DNA of 64,000 nucleotides from Escherichia coli (GCF_009931435.1 NZ_CP043414.1); one strand, 5' to 3'. Positions 15,710 through 27,315 are shown, counted from the first letter of the stretch. A program made the numbers and translations. The notes: a model not told the origin generated them from the letters alone.

Positions 15710-16876
15710 TTGAAACGCCGTCTTATTATTGCTGCTTCTTTGTTCATTTTTAACTTATCGTCTGGTTTTGCGGCGGAAAACATTCCTTTTTCACCTCAGC
15801 CTCCAGAGATTCATGCCGGCTCCTGGGTACTGATGGATTACACCACCGGTCAGATCCTCACCGCGGGTAATGAGCATCAACAGCGCAATCCCGCCAGCCT
15901 GACAAAGCTGATGACGGGCTATGTCGTGGATCGCACTATCGATAGTCATCGCATTACGCCAGACGATATTGTCACCGTGGGGCGCGATGCGTGGGCGAAA
16001 GATAATCCAGTGTTTGTCGGTTCTTCACTGATGTTTTTGAAAGAGGGCGATCGCGTATCGGTACGTGATTTAAGCCGTGGTTTAATTGTGGATTCCGGAA
16101 ATGACGCTTGTGTTGCACTGGCTGACTATATTGCCGGTGGGCAACGGCAGTTTGTTGAAATGATGAACAACTATGCCGAGAAGTTGCATCTCAAGGATAC
16201 GCATTTTGAAACAGTGCATGGTCTGGATGCACCAGGTCAGCATAGCTCGGCTTATGATTTAGCTGTGCTTTCTCGCGCTATCATCCACGGCGAGCCCGAG
16301 TTTTATCATATGTACAGTGAGAAAAGTCTCACCTGGAACGGTATCACCCAGCAAAACCGTAACGGGTTATTGTGGGATAAAACCATGAATGTTGACGGCC
16401 TGAAAACGGGTCATACTTCTGGTGCCGGGTTTAATCTCATTGCTTCGGCTGTCGATGGGCAGCGTCGTCTCATTGCAGTGGTAATGGGGGCTGACAGTGC
16501 AAAAGGTCGTGAGGAAGAGGCAAGAAAATTACTGCGTTGGGGGCAACAAAACTTTACTACGGTGCAAATTTTGCACCGTGGGAAAAAGGTCGGTACGGAA
16601 CGCATCTGGTATGGCGATAAAGAAAATATCGACCTGGGAACGGAACAAGAGTTCTGGATGGTGCTACCGAAAGCCGAAATTCCACATATCAAAGCCAAAT
16701 ATACCCTTGATGGTAAAGAACTCACCGCGCCAATTAGCGCCCATCAGCGGGTAGGGGAAATTGAACTTTACGACCGTGATAAACAGGTGGCGCACTGGCC
16801 GCTGGTTACCCTGGAATCTGTCGGGGAAGGCAGCATGTTTTCTCGCCTGAGTGATTATTTCCACCATAAGGCCTGA
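15710..16876 (+). CDS. dacD: D-alanyl-D-alanine carboxypeptidase DacD (PBP6b)
   Basis: Signal peptide, SxxK motif (ASLTKLM), SGN and KTG motifs; probable TTG start (MKRRLIIAAS). Confidence 0.85.
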   Translation: MKRRLIIAASLFIFNLSSGFAAENIPFSPQPPEIHAGSWVLMDYTTGQILTAGNEHQQRNPASLTKLMTGYVVDRTIDSHRITPDDIVTVGRDAWAKDNPVFVGSSLMFLKEGDRVSVRDLSRGLIVDSGNDACVALADYIAGGQRQFVEMMNNYAEKLHLKDTHFETVHGLDAPGQHSSAYDLAVLSRAIIHGEPEFYHMYSEKSLTWNGITQQNRNGLLWDKTMNVDGLKTGHTSGAGFNLIASAVDGQRRLIAVVMGADSAKGREEEARKLLRWGQQNFTTVQILHRGKKVGTERIWYGDKENIDLGTEQEFWMVLPKAEIPHIKAKYTLDGKELTAPISAHQRVGEIELYDRDKQVAHWPLVTLESVGEGSMFSRLSDYFHHKA

Positions 16877-16960
16877 CCTTTCTTTTGCAGCAGACTGGCA
16901 GGAGTGCGAGTCTGCTCGCATAATCAACACTCATTTCTTGTGGTTTTAATATCGCAATTA

Positions 16961-16980
16961 TACTGTATATAAAAACAGTG
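16961..16980 (+). promoter_or_regulatory. LexA (SOS) box upstream of sbmC
   Basis: TACTGTATATAAAAACAGTG matches CTGT-N8-ACAG LexA consensus, 14 bp upstream of sbmC start. Confidence 0.6.
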
Positions 16981-16993
16981 TTAATGGGACGTC

Positions 16994-17467
16994 ATGAACT
17001 ACGAGATTAAGCAGGAAGATAAACGTACCGTTGCAGGTTTCCATCTCGTTGGCCCGTGGGAACAGACGGTAAAGAAAGGCTTTGAGCAGTTGATGATGTG
17101 GGTAGATAGCAAAAATATTGTGCCGAAGGAGTGGGTTGCTGTCTTTTACGACAATCCAGATGAAACACCCGCCGAAAAATTACGCTGCGACATCGTCGTG
17201 ACGGTGCCGAATAACTTTACGCTCCCCGAAAACAGTGAGGGCGTCATTCTGACAGAAATTTCAGGTGGTCAGTATGCGGTTGCGGTGGCTCGTGTAGTCG
17301 GTGATGATTTTGCTAAACCCTGGTATCAGTTCTTTAATAGCCTCTTGCAGGACAGTGCTTATGAAATGTTACCAAAGCCCTGCTTCGAGGTTTATTTGAA
17401 CAATGGCGCGGAAGATGGGTACTGGGATATCGAAATGTATGTTGCGGTGCAGCCAAAACATCACTAA
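16994..17467 (+). CDS. sbmC: DNA gyrase inhibitor SbmC/GyrI
   Basis: 157 aa [25 protein letters not shown]. Confidence 0.9.
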   Translation: MNYEIKQEDKRTVAGFHLVGPWEQTVKKGFEQLMMWVDSKNIVPKEWVAVFYDNPDETPAEKLRCDIVVTVPNNFTLPENSEGVILTEISGGQYAVAVARVVGDDFAKPWYQFFNSLLQDSAYEMLPKPCFEVYLNNGAEDGYWDIEMYVAVQPKHH

Positions 17468-17664
17468 TTCATCTCAGGGCGGTGTGTTAACGCGATGACC
17501 ACTCTTTTTTTGAAAGCGAAAAGAGTAAGATGCGCCTTTCAATTTTTTCGCTCCTGCCGGGAAATTACACTGTTCCCGGTTTGTCCGTCGGATAATTCAG
17601 AGGCGGGCCTTCTGGCCGACAGATGAGTTATGAGCGCTTTTAATCTTCATTACGGAGTTTCTGC

Positions 17665-18722
17665 GTGCGTGCCGATAAGTCATTAAGCCCGTTTGAAATC
17701 CGGGTATACCGCCATTACCGCATTGTGCATGGTACTCGGGTCGCGCTGGCATTCCTGCTCACTTTTCTCATTATCCGCCTGTTTACTATCCCGGAAAGCA
17801 CCTGGCCGCTGGTCACCATGGTGGTGATTATGGGGCCAATCTCGTTCTGGGGTAACGTTGTCCCTCGCGCCTTCGAACGTATTGGCGGTACGGTGTTGGG
17901 TTCGATTTTAGGTCTTATCGCTCTGCAACTGGAGTTAATTTCGTTACCGCTGATGTTAGTCTGGTGCGCGGCGGCTATGTTTCTTTGCGGTTGGCTGGCG
18001 CTGGGCAAGAAACCGTATCAAGGATTATTGATTGGGGTGACGCTGGCAATTGTTGTGGGTTCCCCGACAGGTGAAATTGATACGGCGTTATGGCGAAGCG
18101 GCGATGTGATCCTCGGCTCTTTACTGGCAATGTTGTTTACCGGTATCTGGCCACAACGGGCGTTCATCCACTGGCGCATTCAACTGGCGAAAAGTCTGAC
18201 CGAGTATAATCGGGTTTATCAATCTGCATTCTCACCGAACTTACTCGAACGCCCACGTCTGGAAAGCCATCTACAAAAACTCCTGACCGATGCCGTGAAA
18301 ATGCGTGGGCTGATTGCGCCCGCCAGCAAAGAAACTCGTATTCCAAAATCGATATATGAAGGTATCCAGACCATTAACCGCAATCTGGTTTGTATGCTGG
18401 AGTTGCAAATCAATGCATACTGGGCCACGCGCCCCAGCCATTTCGTGTTATTGAACGCGCAAAACTTCGTGATACCCAGCACATGATGCAGCAAATACTG
18501 CTGAGCCTTGTTCATGCGCTGTACGAAGGTAATCCGCAGCCGGTTTTTGCCAATACGGAAAAATTGAACGATGCTGTGGAAGAGCTGCGTCAGTTGCTGA
18601 ATAACCACCATGACCTGAAGGTTGTGGAAACACCAATCTATGGTTATGTGTGGCTGAACATGGAAACGGCACATCAGCTTGAGTTGCTATCGAGTCTGAT
18701 TTGCCGGGCCTTGCGCAAATAA
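17665..18722 (+). pseudogene. yeeA: Inner membrane protein YeeA, reading frame interrupted (apparent -1 frameshift in an A-run near 18461-18464)
   Basis: Two ORFs (17665-18486 and 18390-18722) in different frames together cover a ~352 aa protein; junction at CAAAACTT. Confidence 0.7.
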
Positions 18723-18893
18723 TTCCTGAACTTCAGAATCATCTTGCTGCTGCTTCGATTCAGCAAGGATAAAGGGTATGATAGTGAAAAGGGATAAAAG
18801 CATTGTCATCTGCGGCAGCTATGAGTAATGTTGGCCCTAACGAATAGCGGTTGCTTAAACGAATCCGACTCTCACATTATCAGGGGTATAAAA

Positions 18894-19223
18894 ATGGAAA
18901 CTACCAAGCCTTCATTCCAGGACGTACTGGAATTTGTTCGTCTGTTCCGTCGTAAGAACAAACTGCAACGTGAAATTCAGGACGTTGAGAAAAAGATCCG
19001 TGACAACCAGAAGCGCGTCCTGTTGCTGGACAACCTGAGCGATTACATCAAGCCCGGGATGAGCGTTGAAGCAATCCAGGGCATCATCGCCAGCATGAAA
19101 GGTGACTATGAAGATCGCGTTGACGATTACATCATCAAAAATGCCGAGCTCTCCAAAGAACGCCGCGATATCTCCAAAAAGCTGAAAGCTATGGGCGAAA
19201 TGAAAAACGGCGAAGCGAAGTAA
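18894..19223 (+). CDS. yeeX: UPF0265 protein YeeX
   Basis: 109 aa from [14 protein letters not shown] start; good spacing from upstream RBS. Confidence 0.85.
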   Translation: METTKPSFQDVLEFVRLFRRKNKLQREIQDVEKKIRDNQKRVLLLDNLSDYIKPGMSVEAIQGIIASMKGDYEDRVDDYIIKNAELSKERRDISKKLKAMGEMKNGEAK

Positions 19224-19323
19224 TTCCTGTTTTATTCAATGAGGGTTGCCCGGCAACCCTCATTGCTCATTGATTCTTATCTGTGTATCACCGTCATCAT
19301 TCTCATCTGAGAACCTATCGAAA

Positions 19324-19749
19324 TTAGCAACAGCCTTCTTCTGTATGCAGCAAGGCAAAAAGTTCTGTAACTCCATTGTTATTAACCGCACTGGTTACTA
19401 ACACGTTGTGCGCTCCAGCTTCCCGTAACCAACATTTCACCAAAGATATGTGTTCCATGCTGGCTAAATCTGCTTTGGTTACTACTCCAATGACCGGGTG
19501 ATTCATGGCCCGGTAGGGCGTTTTTACCTCTAATTCCTGCCTCAGCGCTGAGATTCCTGCTTGTTGCCGGAAAAGCATATAGATTTGCATAAGTATGCTC
19601 TTTCGTATAGCCAGAATGTGTCGGATTCTGGTTGAACAGATAACGTGCCCGTTGACTTCTTTCGGAAGTGAGATTGTCATATCTGACATACATGGTCGCC
19701 CCTGTTTGCCAAGTCCCCGTGTCAAAAAGTCATCTGTGTAAGATTCCAA
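19324..19749 (-). pseudogene. EutP/PduV-family GTPase C-terminal remnant (possibly yoeF-like); N-terminal P-loop half missing
   Basis: C-terminal half (VIGVVTKADLA...NVLVTSAVNNNGVTELFALL) resembles EutP/PduV; upstream part of ORF lacks P-loop. Confidence 0.4.
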
Positions 19750-19900
19750 TCATACATATGGACTCAGATTGGCCTGTGTCCGTGCTTCCTAAAGGAATTC
19801 ACAGATTTAGTCCTAATCATGATGACACATTAGCGAAGCTATGCCATGAACCGCCCCGGAAATCCTGGAGACTAAACTTCCTGAGAAAGAGGTAAACAGG

Positions 19901-20227
19901 ATGACTAAAAATACTCGTTTTTCCCCCGAAGTCCGTCAACGGGCAGTCCGTATGGTTCTGGAAAGTCAGAGCGAATATGACTCACAATGGGCGACAATTT
20001 GTTCCATTGCTCCAAAGATTGGCTGTACGCCGGAGACTCTGCGTGTCTGGGTTCGCCAGCATGAGCGGGATACCGGGGGCGGTGATGGAGGGCTCACCAC
20101 CGCTGAACGTCAGCGTCTGAAAGAGCTGGAACGTGAAAATCGTGAACTGCGCCGCAGTAACGATATCCTTCGCCAGGCTTCCGCTTATTTTGCGAAGGCG
20201 GAGTTCGACCGCCTCTGGAAAAAATGA
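19901..20227 (+). CDS. IS3-family transposase OrfA (HTH)
   Basis: 108 aa [21 protein letters not shown]...; A-rich slippery stretch (GGAAAAAATGA) at the orfA/orfB overlap. Confidence 0.85.
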   Translation: MTKNTRFSPEVRQRAVRMVLESQSEYDSQWATICSIAPKIGCTPETLRVWVRQHERDTGGGDGGLTTAERQRLKELERENRELRRSNDILRQASAYFAKAEFDRLWKK

Positions 20228-20641
20228 TGCCACTGCTGGATAAGCTGCGTGAGCAGTACGGGGTCAGACCGGTATGCAGCGAACTGCATATTGCCCCGTC
20301 AACGTATTACCATTGTCAGCAACAGCGACATCATCCGGATAAACGCAGTGCCCGTGCGCAGCACGATGACTGGCTGAAGAAAGAGATACAGCGCGTATAC
20401 GATGAAAATCACCAGGTATACGGTGTGCGTAAAGTCTGGCGTCAGTTGTTACGGGAAGGTATCAGAGTGGCCAGATGCACTGTGGCACGTCTCATGGCGG
20501 TTATGGGACTTGCCGGTGTTCTCCGGGGTAAAAAGGTCCGTACGACCATCAGCCGGAAAGCCGTTGCCGCAGGCGACCGCGTAAACCGTCAGTTCGTGGC
20601 AGAACGACCTGACCAGCTGTGGGTGGCTGATTTTACTTACG
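20224..20641 (+). CDS. IS3-family transposase OrfB, 5' exon (upstream of intron)
   Basis: Reading frame matches IS3-family OrfB up to ...[10 protein letters not shown], then diverges at intron 5' end. Confidence 0.8.
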
Positions 20642-21297
20642 GTGTGCCCGGAGTTCAGGGCGGGCATGGATGCTTAAATGAACCGCGAGTCTGTCTGGAA
20701 TATTGAACCGGTAACTCACGATGAGAAACCCAACAATCCCACCGGGTGTGACGGTGGAGAACCTGAGCGGCAGTGACCTGCGGCATGCCCGCAGGGTGAT
20801 GTAACCCGCTGACAACGGGGATTGAGGCGAGATCACTAAGCCGAGATGATCCTCAAGGTTAAGTACTGAAAGGCTGAAGAACATGAACCCGTTAATCCGC
20901 CTCTGTGGGTTGAAAACGTCACCACGGCCTACGTGATCTGACAGGCCGTGCAGGAGGAACTGGCAGTGATACGTAAGCACTGCCGGTCGAAGGTGTTTTG
21001 ACATGTATGCGAAACACCGGGGCAGCAGCGTCTATCACGCTTGCGTTGCTGACTTCTGCCAACTTGCGGCAAGCAAGGATAAAGAGTGCGACGGGCAGCC
21101 TCCTCAGTATGCCTGAGTCCAGGCAGGTAAACCGGGGAAGGTCAGCGACGGATGTTAAGGGGGCATGGCTCCGATGACGCGCTGGCTGGCGGAGCTTCCG
21201 TAGTAGTCCGCGATGGGGAAAGCCCATTACATGGCGAAGGGAAGCAGTTTGAATGTGTTTGCGACGTGAATTAACTGACCTAACGAGGTGAAGACCT

Positions 21298-22821
21298 TTG
21301 ATAATCAGCGAAATGCAACGCAAGCTTGCCACATGGGCAGTCACCGATCCGTCCCTACGGATTCAACGGCTGCTGCGTCTGATAACACAACCAGAATGGC
21401 TGGCTGAAGCGGCGCGGATCACGCTTTCATCAAAGGGGGCCCATACCCCCGGCGTTGATGGCGTGAACAAAACAATGCTACAGGCCAGACTGGCTGTTGA
21501 GCTGCAAATCCTCAGGGATGAATTACTCTCAGGCCACTACCAGCCCTTGCCCGCCAGACGGGTTTACATCCCTAAAAGCAACGACAAACTGCGACCACTG
21601 GGTATCCCCGCGTTGCGGGATCGTATTGTTCAGCGGGCCATGCTGATGGCGATGGAGCCGATATGGGAGAGTGATTTTCATACGCTCTCATATGGCTTCC
21701 GGCCTGAGCGCAGTGTCCACCACGCTATCCGCACGGTGAAATTACAGCTCACAGACTGTGGTGAAACCCGGGGACGCTGGGTGATTGAAGGCGACCTGTC
21801 CAGTTACTTCGACACCGTACATCATCGACTGCTGATGAAGGCTGTACGCCGCAGGATCAGTGACGCACGTTTCATGACTCTGCTGTGGAAAACCATCAAG
21901 GCGGGACATATCGATGTCGGTCTCTTTCGGGCGGCCAGTGAAGGTGTGCCACAGGGCGGTGTTATATCGCCGCTATTATCGAACATCATGCTGAATGAGT
22001 TCGATCAATACCTGCATGAGCGCTACCTGAGCGGGAAAGCCAGAAAAGATCGGTGGTACTGGAATAACAGTATCCAACGGGGCCGAAGTACGGCGGTCAG
22101 AGAAAACTGGCAGTGGAAACCCGCGGTGGCGTACTGCCGCTATGCCGATGATTTTGTCCTCATCGTCAAAGGCACCAAAGCACAGGCGGAAGCCATCAGG
22201 GAGGAGTGTCGGGGTGTGCTCGAAGGCAGTCTGAAACTCAGGCTGAACATGGATAAGACTAAAATCACCCATGTTAATGACGGCTTTATCTTTCTGGGGC
22301 ACAGGATCATTCGCAAACGCAGTCGTTATGGCGAGATGCGAGTGGTCTCAACGATCCCGCAGGAGAAAGCCAGAAACTTCGCCGCATCGCTGACAGCACT
22401 GTTATCAGGCAACTACAGTGAAAGCAAAGTCGATATGGCTGAACAACTCAACCGAAAACTGAAAGGCTGGGCCATGTTCTATCAGTTCGTTGATTTTAAG
22501 GCCAAAGTCTTCAGTTATATCGACCGTGTCGTGTTCTGGAAGCTGGCTCACTGGCTGGCCCGCAAATACCGTACAGGTATCGCTTCCCTGATGAGGTGGT
22601 GGTGTAAATCACCGAAACCGGGTCAGAGCAAAACGTGGGTTTTATTTGGTAAAACCAATCACGGCAAGCTCAGCGGCGAAATACTGTACCGGTTGGTGGG
22701 GCAAGGCAAGAAGCTGTTCCGCTGGCGGCTACCCGAAGGTAATCCCTATCTGAGGACGGAGACCAGAAACACGTATACATCGCGCTTTACAGAAGTGGCA
22801 ATGGCGTTCGCCAGCATTTAA
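21298..22821 (+). CDS. Group II intron-encoded reverse transcriptase/maturase
   Basis: 507 aa; RT motifs (…RRVYIPK…LRPLGIP…, YADDFVL) followed by maturase X-like domain; located inside the intron. Confidence 0.85.
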   Translation: MIISEMQRKLATWAVTDPSLRIQRLLRLITQPEWLAEAARITLSSKGAHTPGVDGVNKTMLQARLAVELQILRDELLSGHYQPLPARRVYIPKSNDKLRPLGIPALRDRIVQRAMLMAMEPIWESDFHTLSYGFRPERSVHHAIRTVKLQLTDCGETRGRWVIEGDLSSYFDTVHHRLLMKAVRRRISDARFMTLLWKTIKAGHIDVGLFRAASEGVPQGGVISPLLSNIMLNEFDQYLHERYLSGKARKDRWYWNNSIQRGRSTAVRENWQWKPAVAYCRYADDFVLIVKGTKAQAEAIREECRGVLEGSLKLRLNMDKTKITHVNDGFIFLGHRIIRKRSRYGEMRVVSTIPQEKARNFAASLTALLSGNYSESKVDMAEQLNRKLKGWAMFYQFVDFKAKVFSYIDRVVFWKLAHWLARKYRTGIASLMRWWCKSPKPGQSKTWVLFGKTNHGKLSGEILYRLVGQGKKLFRWRLPEGNPYLRTETRNTYTSRFTEVAMAFASI

Positions 22822-22826
22822 ATGGA

Positions 22827-22860
22827 GAGCCGGATGCGCTGAAAGGTGCACGTCCGGTTC
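22827..22860 (+). ncRNA. Group II intron domain V (catalytic hairpin)
   Basis: GAGCCGGATGCGCTGAAAGGTGCACGTCCGGTTC: 34-nt hairpin with AGC triad and GAAA tetraloop, followed by domain VI with bulged A about 7 nt from the 3' splice site. Confidence 0.7.
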
Positions 22861-22883
22861 GGGGAGGAGAGGCAGGGAAATAG

Positions 22884-23384
<501 letters not shown>

Positions 23385-23542
23385 GTTCACAGATAAAACA
23401 CTCTCCAGGAAACCCGGGGCGGTTCACCATGTCAGATACAGGTTCACTTAGTCGCGGTCTTATCAGTCTGGCCTTTAATACTTGTTTATCCTTAGCAATC
23501 AGTAGGTTGGTTTTATTTTTCAACAGACAGAAGTAGTTTCAT

Positions 23543-24330
23543 TTACATATATGCAGCTACCATCACTTCTTCTGGTGAAATCTCTTTATCGTTGGTTAGC
23601 AATACCCAGAGCACTCTGGCATTTTTGTTGTTCAGCGCTACGGTGGCAACATTTTTATTCCGCCGCGAGACTGGTCTGCCCAGCCAACTTTCCTGGACCT
23701 GTCTGCCCTTTCTGGCGTTTGACACTGTCTTCGCACCATGGAACAGTAGCGTTCTGATATAGACATCGTCCCGTTTACTGATAGACCCCAGCGTGTTTTT
23801 ACCTACGCTGAAGCACTGTCGGGGAACCAGTCCAAGCCATGCAGCAAGCTGACGCCGGTTTTTGAAGCCGATACTACCCGGTGCTGACAATTGCAGTGGT
23901 GGTAAGAATAGCAATCCCCGAAATGGTGGCAATTTTCCTACACAGTTCGTCGTTCCCGACGTGTTCGTTGCTCACGGCTTCTATGGTTTCAATGTGTACG
24001 CTCAGTTGTTTCACATTTTCATTAGAGATAGGACGACAGCTGTCTGAACGGTATTGTTAAACAGTTTTCCGCGTCTTCAGGCAGGGCAGGGACATGACGA
24101 CTGAATGCTACAATGTCGGGCGGGAAAACGATGCCAAATTCAGCCAGTAATTCTCTGATCTGGTTTATCTGCGCAGCCCTTGATTTAACAAATCCCGTTT
24201 GGGCACGATGAAAAGACAGTAATGACTACTGCTCAGGCGTCTTGATGCTGACAAACTGCATATTAGGTCGGGTAACGGCTTCACAGATGGCCTCGGCAGC
24301 AGCCATATCATTCTTGTTTGTTTTCACATA
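23543..24330 (-). pseudogene. IS110-family transposase remnant (5'-truncated, internal stop)
   Basis: C-terminal domain FKNRRQLAAWLGLVPRQ…LGSISKRDDVYIRTLL typical of IS110/IS902 family; upstream frame contains stop and lacks N-terminal DEDD start. Confidence 0.6.
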
Positions 24331-24855
24331 TGGCTTTACAAATCGCGGGCATTAGTCTGACATTATGCCCCTAAGTAGACAGCATTCTCACTAATGACGC
24401 GCTCCGGCGCAGACCTCCATCCCAATCCGACAGGAAGACATATTCGCGAAGAATACGGGCATCAGGGAACGTTTAATCCGTTTTCTGAGCTTAGATTTTT
24501 CTGTTCCTACCCAGACCGTGGATTTGGAATTCATTTTTTGTCAGGTCAATGCTAATCGTTAAAACGGCCATAACGCACCTCCACTGGAAGGTTTATCAGT
24601 AATATCCTACCGTTGCTTCATGGTAGGGGCGTCCATTCCATTATTATCGGTTTTCCTTTCTGTTTATAAATGAAAACGCCAGCTGTATTCAGGCTGGCGT
24701 CAGGGGAAATGAAGCCTGTTGAGTGAGATTCACCGGTTCTGGTGCAGAAGCTGCAGATGGCGCAGGGTAAGGACATCTTCTCTTGCCTGCTTAATACAGG
24801 ACAACAGTGCTGTTTCTGTGGTTAATGGCACTATACCCTGTATCACTGCATTGTC

Positions 24856-25059
24856 TTACAGCAACTGGTGAGGGCTGGCATAAGTTGCCGGTGTTTCGGT
24901 AGAGTCACGTTCATCCACCACGCGGAGTGAATCACCGTTTTCAGCGACCTTGTTAATCAGTTCAGCGAGATTAACACCATCGACGTCAACGACAATGCGC
25001 CCCATGTTCAGCGCCTGCACGTTAACGCTGTCGGCTTCCAGCGTCAGGGCCAGTTTCAT
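24856..25059 (-). CDS. yeeW: YeeW-like small protein downstream of cbtA
   Basis: 67 aa ORF overlapping cbtA stop by 4 bp; conserved position in CP4-type islands. Confidence 0.6.
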   Translation of the reverse strand: MKLALTLEADSVNVQALNMGRIVVDVDGVNLAELINKVAENGDSLRVVDERDSTETPATYASPHQLL

Positions 25060-25433
25060 CGTTTCGCCTCCGGATGCTTCCCCAGGGTAATGTTATTTAC
25101 CGTTCTGTAATTGTCGCGGGTCATCAGGCCTGTTGCCCGGCGAGCCCGGAGGATATCAATACTGTTTATTAACTGAGAGCGGGGACAAGTGCTGAATCCC
25201 GGCTGGTCGGTACGCACCAGCGCGTATTTTTCCACGAGAAAATTCACCGCATCACACAGTGAAATGCCAGCTTCAATATGCTGCTCAATCACACGTTCAT
25301 CGGCGAACGGTGTGTCATTCAGTGTAAGGCCGTAATGCTGGCCCAGTAGTCGGGAGAGCAGAGTCTGCCAGATGGTGACGGGGGACGGGCAGCTCGATGC
25401 CTCCCGTACGTGTGTATCGGGTAATGTTTTCAT
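25056..25433 (-). CDS. cbtA: Cytoskeleton-binding toxin CbtA (YeeV)
   Basis: 125 aa; CbtA/YkfI/YpjF family sequence; immediately downstream of cbeA. Confidence 0.85.
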   Translation of the reverse strand: MKTLPDTHVREASSCPSPVTIWQTLLSRLLGQHYGLTLNDTPFADERVIEQHIEAGISLCDAVNFLVEKYALVRTDQPGFSTCPRSQLINSIDILRARRATGLMTRDNYRTVNNITLGKHPEAKR

Positions 25434-25522
25434 ACTGAAGGTTTTCCTGATATGCAGAGATGAAAAATGGAAAAGTGGCGTGGTGAAAGCACCAGGCCGG
25501 AGCAGAAGGTTATTCCGGTGGT

Positions 25523-25891
25523 TTACTTTTTCGTTTCGGGCGTCGGATAAACAGCCAGATAAACGTAACCACCGCTACCGAGGGTGTCAGCTTTGCAGGT
25601 CAGACCTTTCGCATACAGCGTGACGGTATGCTGATGGCGGGGATTCAGTTCACCGCTGGTGAGCATGAGTTCCAGTTGTTTCATCAGCAGCGGAAAGGCC
25701 TGGTCCAGGTGGTACGCATCTGCATCGCTGAACAGGCCTCTGATACCGGCGCGGTCGGCAAGGTAATGCAGGCGGTTACCCTCCTGCACCAGACGTGCCC
25801 CGAAACAGGGCGTCACGGTGCAGGGCAGCCCCCACCAGGGGCGGTCGTGATTGTCGTCGGGAAGCATTGTCCCGGAGAGTGCGTCTGACAC
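25523..25891 (-). CDS. cbeA: Antitoxin CbeA (YeeU)
   Basis: 122 aa; YeeU/YafW/YfjZ family. Confidence 0.85.
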   Translation of the reverse strand: MSDALSGTMLPDDNHDRPWWGLPCTVTPCFGARLVQEGNRLHYLADRAGIRGLFSDADAYHLDQAFPLLMKQLELMLTSGELNPRHQHTVTLYAKGLTCKADTLGSGGYVYLAVYPTPETKK

Positions 25892-26053
25892 GATAAAATC
25901 CTCACAGAAAATCGGTTAAGAATGGTTTAACGATGACAGGTCAGCCGGCGCGCAGACCGCCTTCGGTAAAGGTGTATTCGTTTATGAGCAGGGCCTCATC
26001 CACAGCGGCGTCTGAGCTCAGCCAGTCGTACTCGTTTTCCGGGTGACGGAACA

Positions 26054-26275
26054 TCAGTTCAGGGTGACGCTCATCAGCCGGACATACGGGCCAAAACTGT
26101 CCTTACGGCGTTCTGCAAACACGGCCAGCACACCGGGAATATCCTGCACTTCACGACCGGTATACGCTTCAGTGCCACCGTGCCAGCGGTATTTGCCGGT
26201 ACAGAACGGAAAAAGACGGGATGTCGGATGTTGTTGGTGAATTCGCATGGCTTCACCACGGGTGATGATTTTCAT
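26054..26275 (-). CDS. yeeT: DUF987 protein YeeT
   Basis: 73 aa ORF in conserved position between yeeS and cbeA. Confidence 0.8.
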   Translation of the reverse strand: MKIITRGEAMRIHQQHPTSRLFPFCTGKYRWHGGTEAYTGREVQDIPGVLAVFAERRKDSFGPYVRLMSVTLN

Positions 26276-26337
26276 AGTGTGATGCCTCTGAAGACGGAAG
26301 ATAAAAGTGAAAACAGGTGTGATGTGGTTGTGACGGG

Positions 26338-26829
26338 TTAAAGCAGACCATGTTCGGCAAAGGAGAAAACCTGGCTGCCACCGACTATCAGATGGTCCGG
26401 CACCCGGATATCCACCAGGCCCAGTGCCTGTACCAGACGTTCCGTGATAAGGCGGTCTGCCTTGCTGGGTGTGACTTCACCGGACGGGTGATTGTGTGCC
26501 AGCACCACAGCAGCGGCATTGTGATACAGGGCGCGTTTAATCACTTCCCGGGGATGGACTTCCGTGCGGTTGATGGTGCCGGTGAAGAGGGTTTCACCGG
26601 CAATCAGCTGATTCTGGTTATTCAGATACAGCACCCGGAATTCTTCACGCTCCAGTCCCGCCATGTTCAGAATCAGCCATTCCCGTGCCGCACGGGTGGA
26701 GGTGAAGGCCACGCCGGGTTCATGAAGATGGCGGTCCAGGGTTTTCAGGGCCCGTTGAATGAGGCTGCGCTCACCGGGTGTCATCTCTCCGGGCAGAAAG
26801 GAAAGCTGCTGCATTGTCCCTGCCTCCAT
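26338..26829 (-). CDS. yeeS: RadC-like JAB-domain protein YeeS
   Basis: JAMM-type motif region (…VVLAHNHPSGEVTPSKADRLIT…); alternative start MQQLSF at 26814. Confidence 0.8.
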   Translation of the reverse strand: MEAGTMQQLSFLPGEMTPGERSLIQRALKTLDRHLHEPGVAFTSTRAAREWLILNMAGLEREEFRVLYLNNQNQLIAGETLFTGTINRTEVHPREVIKRALYHNAAAVVLAHNHPSGEVTPSKADRLITERLVQALGLVDIRVPDHLIVGGSQVFSFAEHGLL

Positions 26830-27315
26830 TCAGTCGATGATGCGCATAATGGCGCTGCATTCCGGATGCTGCAGGGCGTAATCCCGCAGCCGGTAATAAT
26901 GGACCGTCATGGCATAACACTCCGTACGACAGGCATGATGACTGTACGTCATCAGACAGGCAGCAATGCCAGCGGCTTCCGGGCTCATTTCAGCGCGGTT
27001 GCCGTTCATGGCATTGAACAGTACCCATGTTTCGTCATCATCGTCATCCGGTTCGGGTGCCATAAATGCCCCGCCGTTGTTCAGAGTGTACAGATTCCAG
27101 ATACCACCGCAGTAGTCTTCGCACAGACGGTCCATCCAGCCGAAAACACGGGGCTCCAGGGTCACCCACTGTGGAATGAGGCCAAAATGCTGCGGCCAGA
27201 AGCTGATGCGCTGTTCATCAGGGACTATGGTGGCAACCAGCTGAGGCTGGTCATTCCCTGATGCAGCGGTTACGGAAACAGAAGATGTGGTGGAATTATG
27301 TGAAATGGTTTTCAT
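26830..27315 (-). CDS. Antirestriction protein (ArdB/KlcA-like; YfjX/YafX family)
   Basis: 161 aa with acidic DDDDDETW stretch and family-typical C-terminal region; position upstream of radC-like gene. Confidence 0.75.
   Translation of the reverse strand: MKTISHNSTTSSVSVTAASGNDQPQLVATIVPDEQRISFWPQHFGLIPQWVTLEPRVFGWMDRLCEDYCGGIWNLYTLNNGGAFMAPEPDDDDDETWVLFNAMNGNRAEMSPEAAGIAACLMTYSHHACRTECYAMTVHYYRLRDYALQHPECSAIMRIID

Noticed and set aside
21298-22821. Reverse transcriptase as a retron or DGR component
   Set aside because: It sits between an intron-like 5' end and clear domain V/VI hairpins, and its removal restores the IS orfB frame; no msr/msd-like or template/variable repeat structure was seen.
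24331-24855. Possible gene between the IS110 remnant and yeeW
   Set aside because: No ORF of meaningful length; it contains a hairpin at about 24673-24700 that is more plausibly the terminator of the cbtA-yeeW transcript.
26350-27261. 303-aa plus-strand ORF overlapping yeeS and the antirestriction gene
   Set aside because: Antisense to two genes with recognisable family features; its composition (H/G/Q-rich) is not protein-like.
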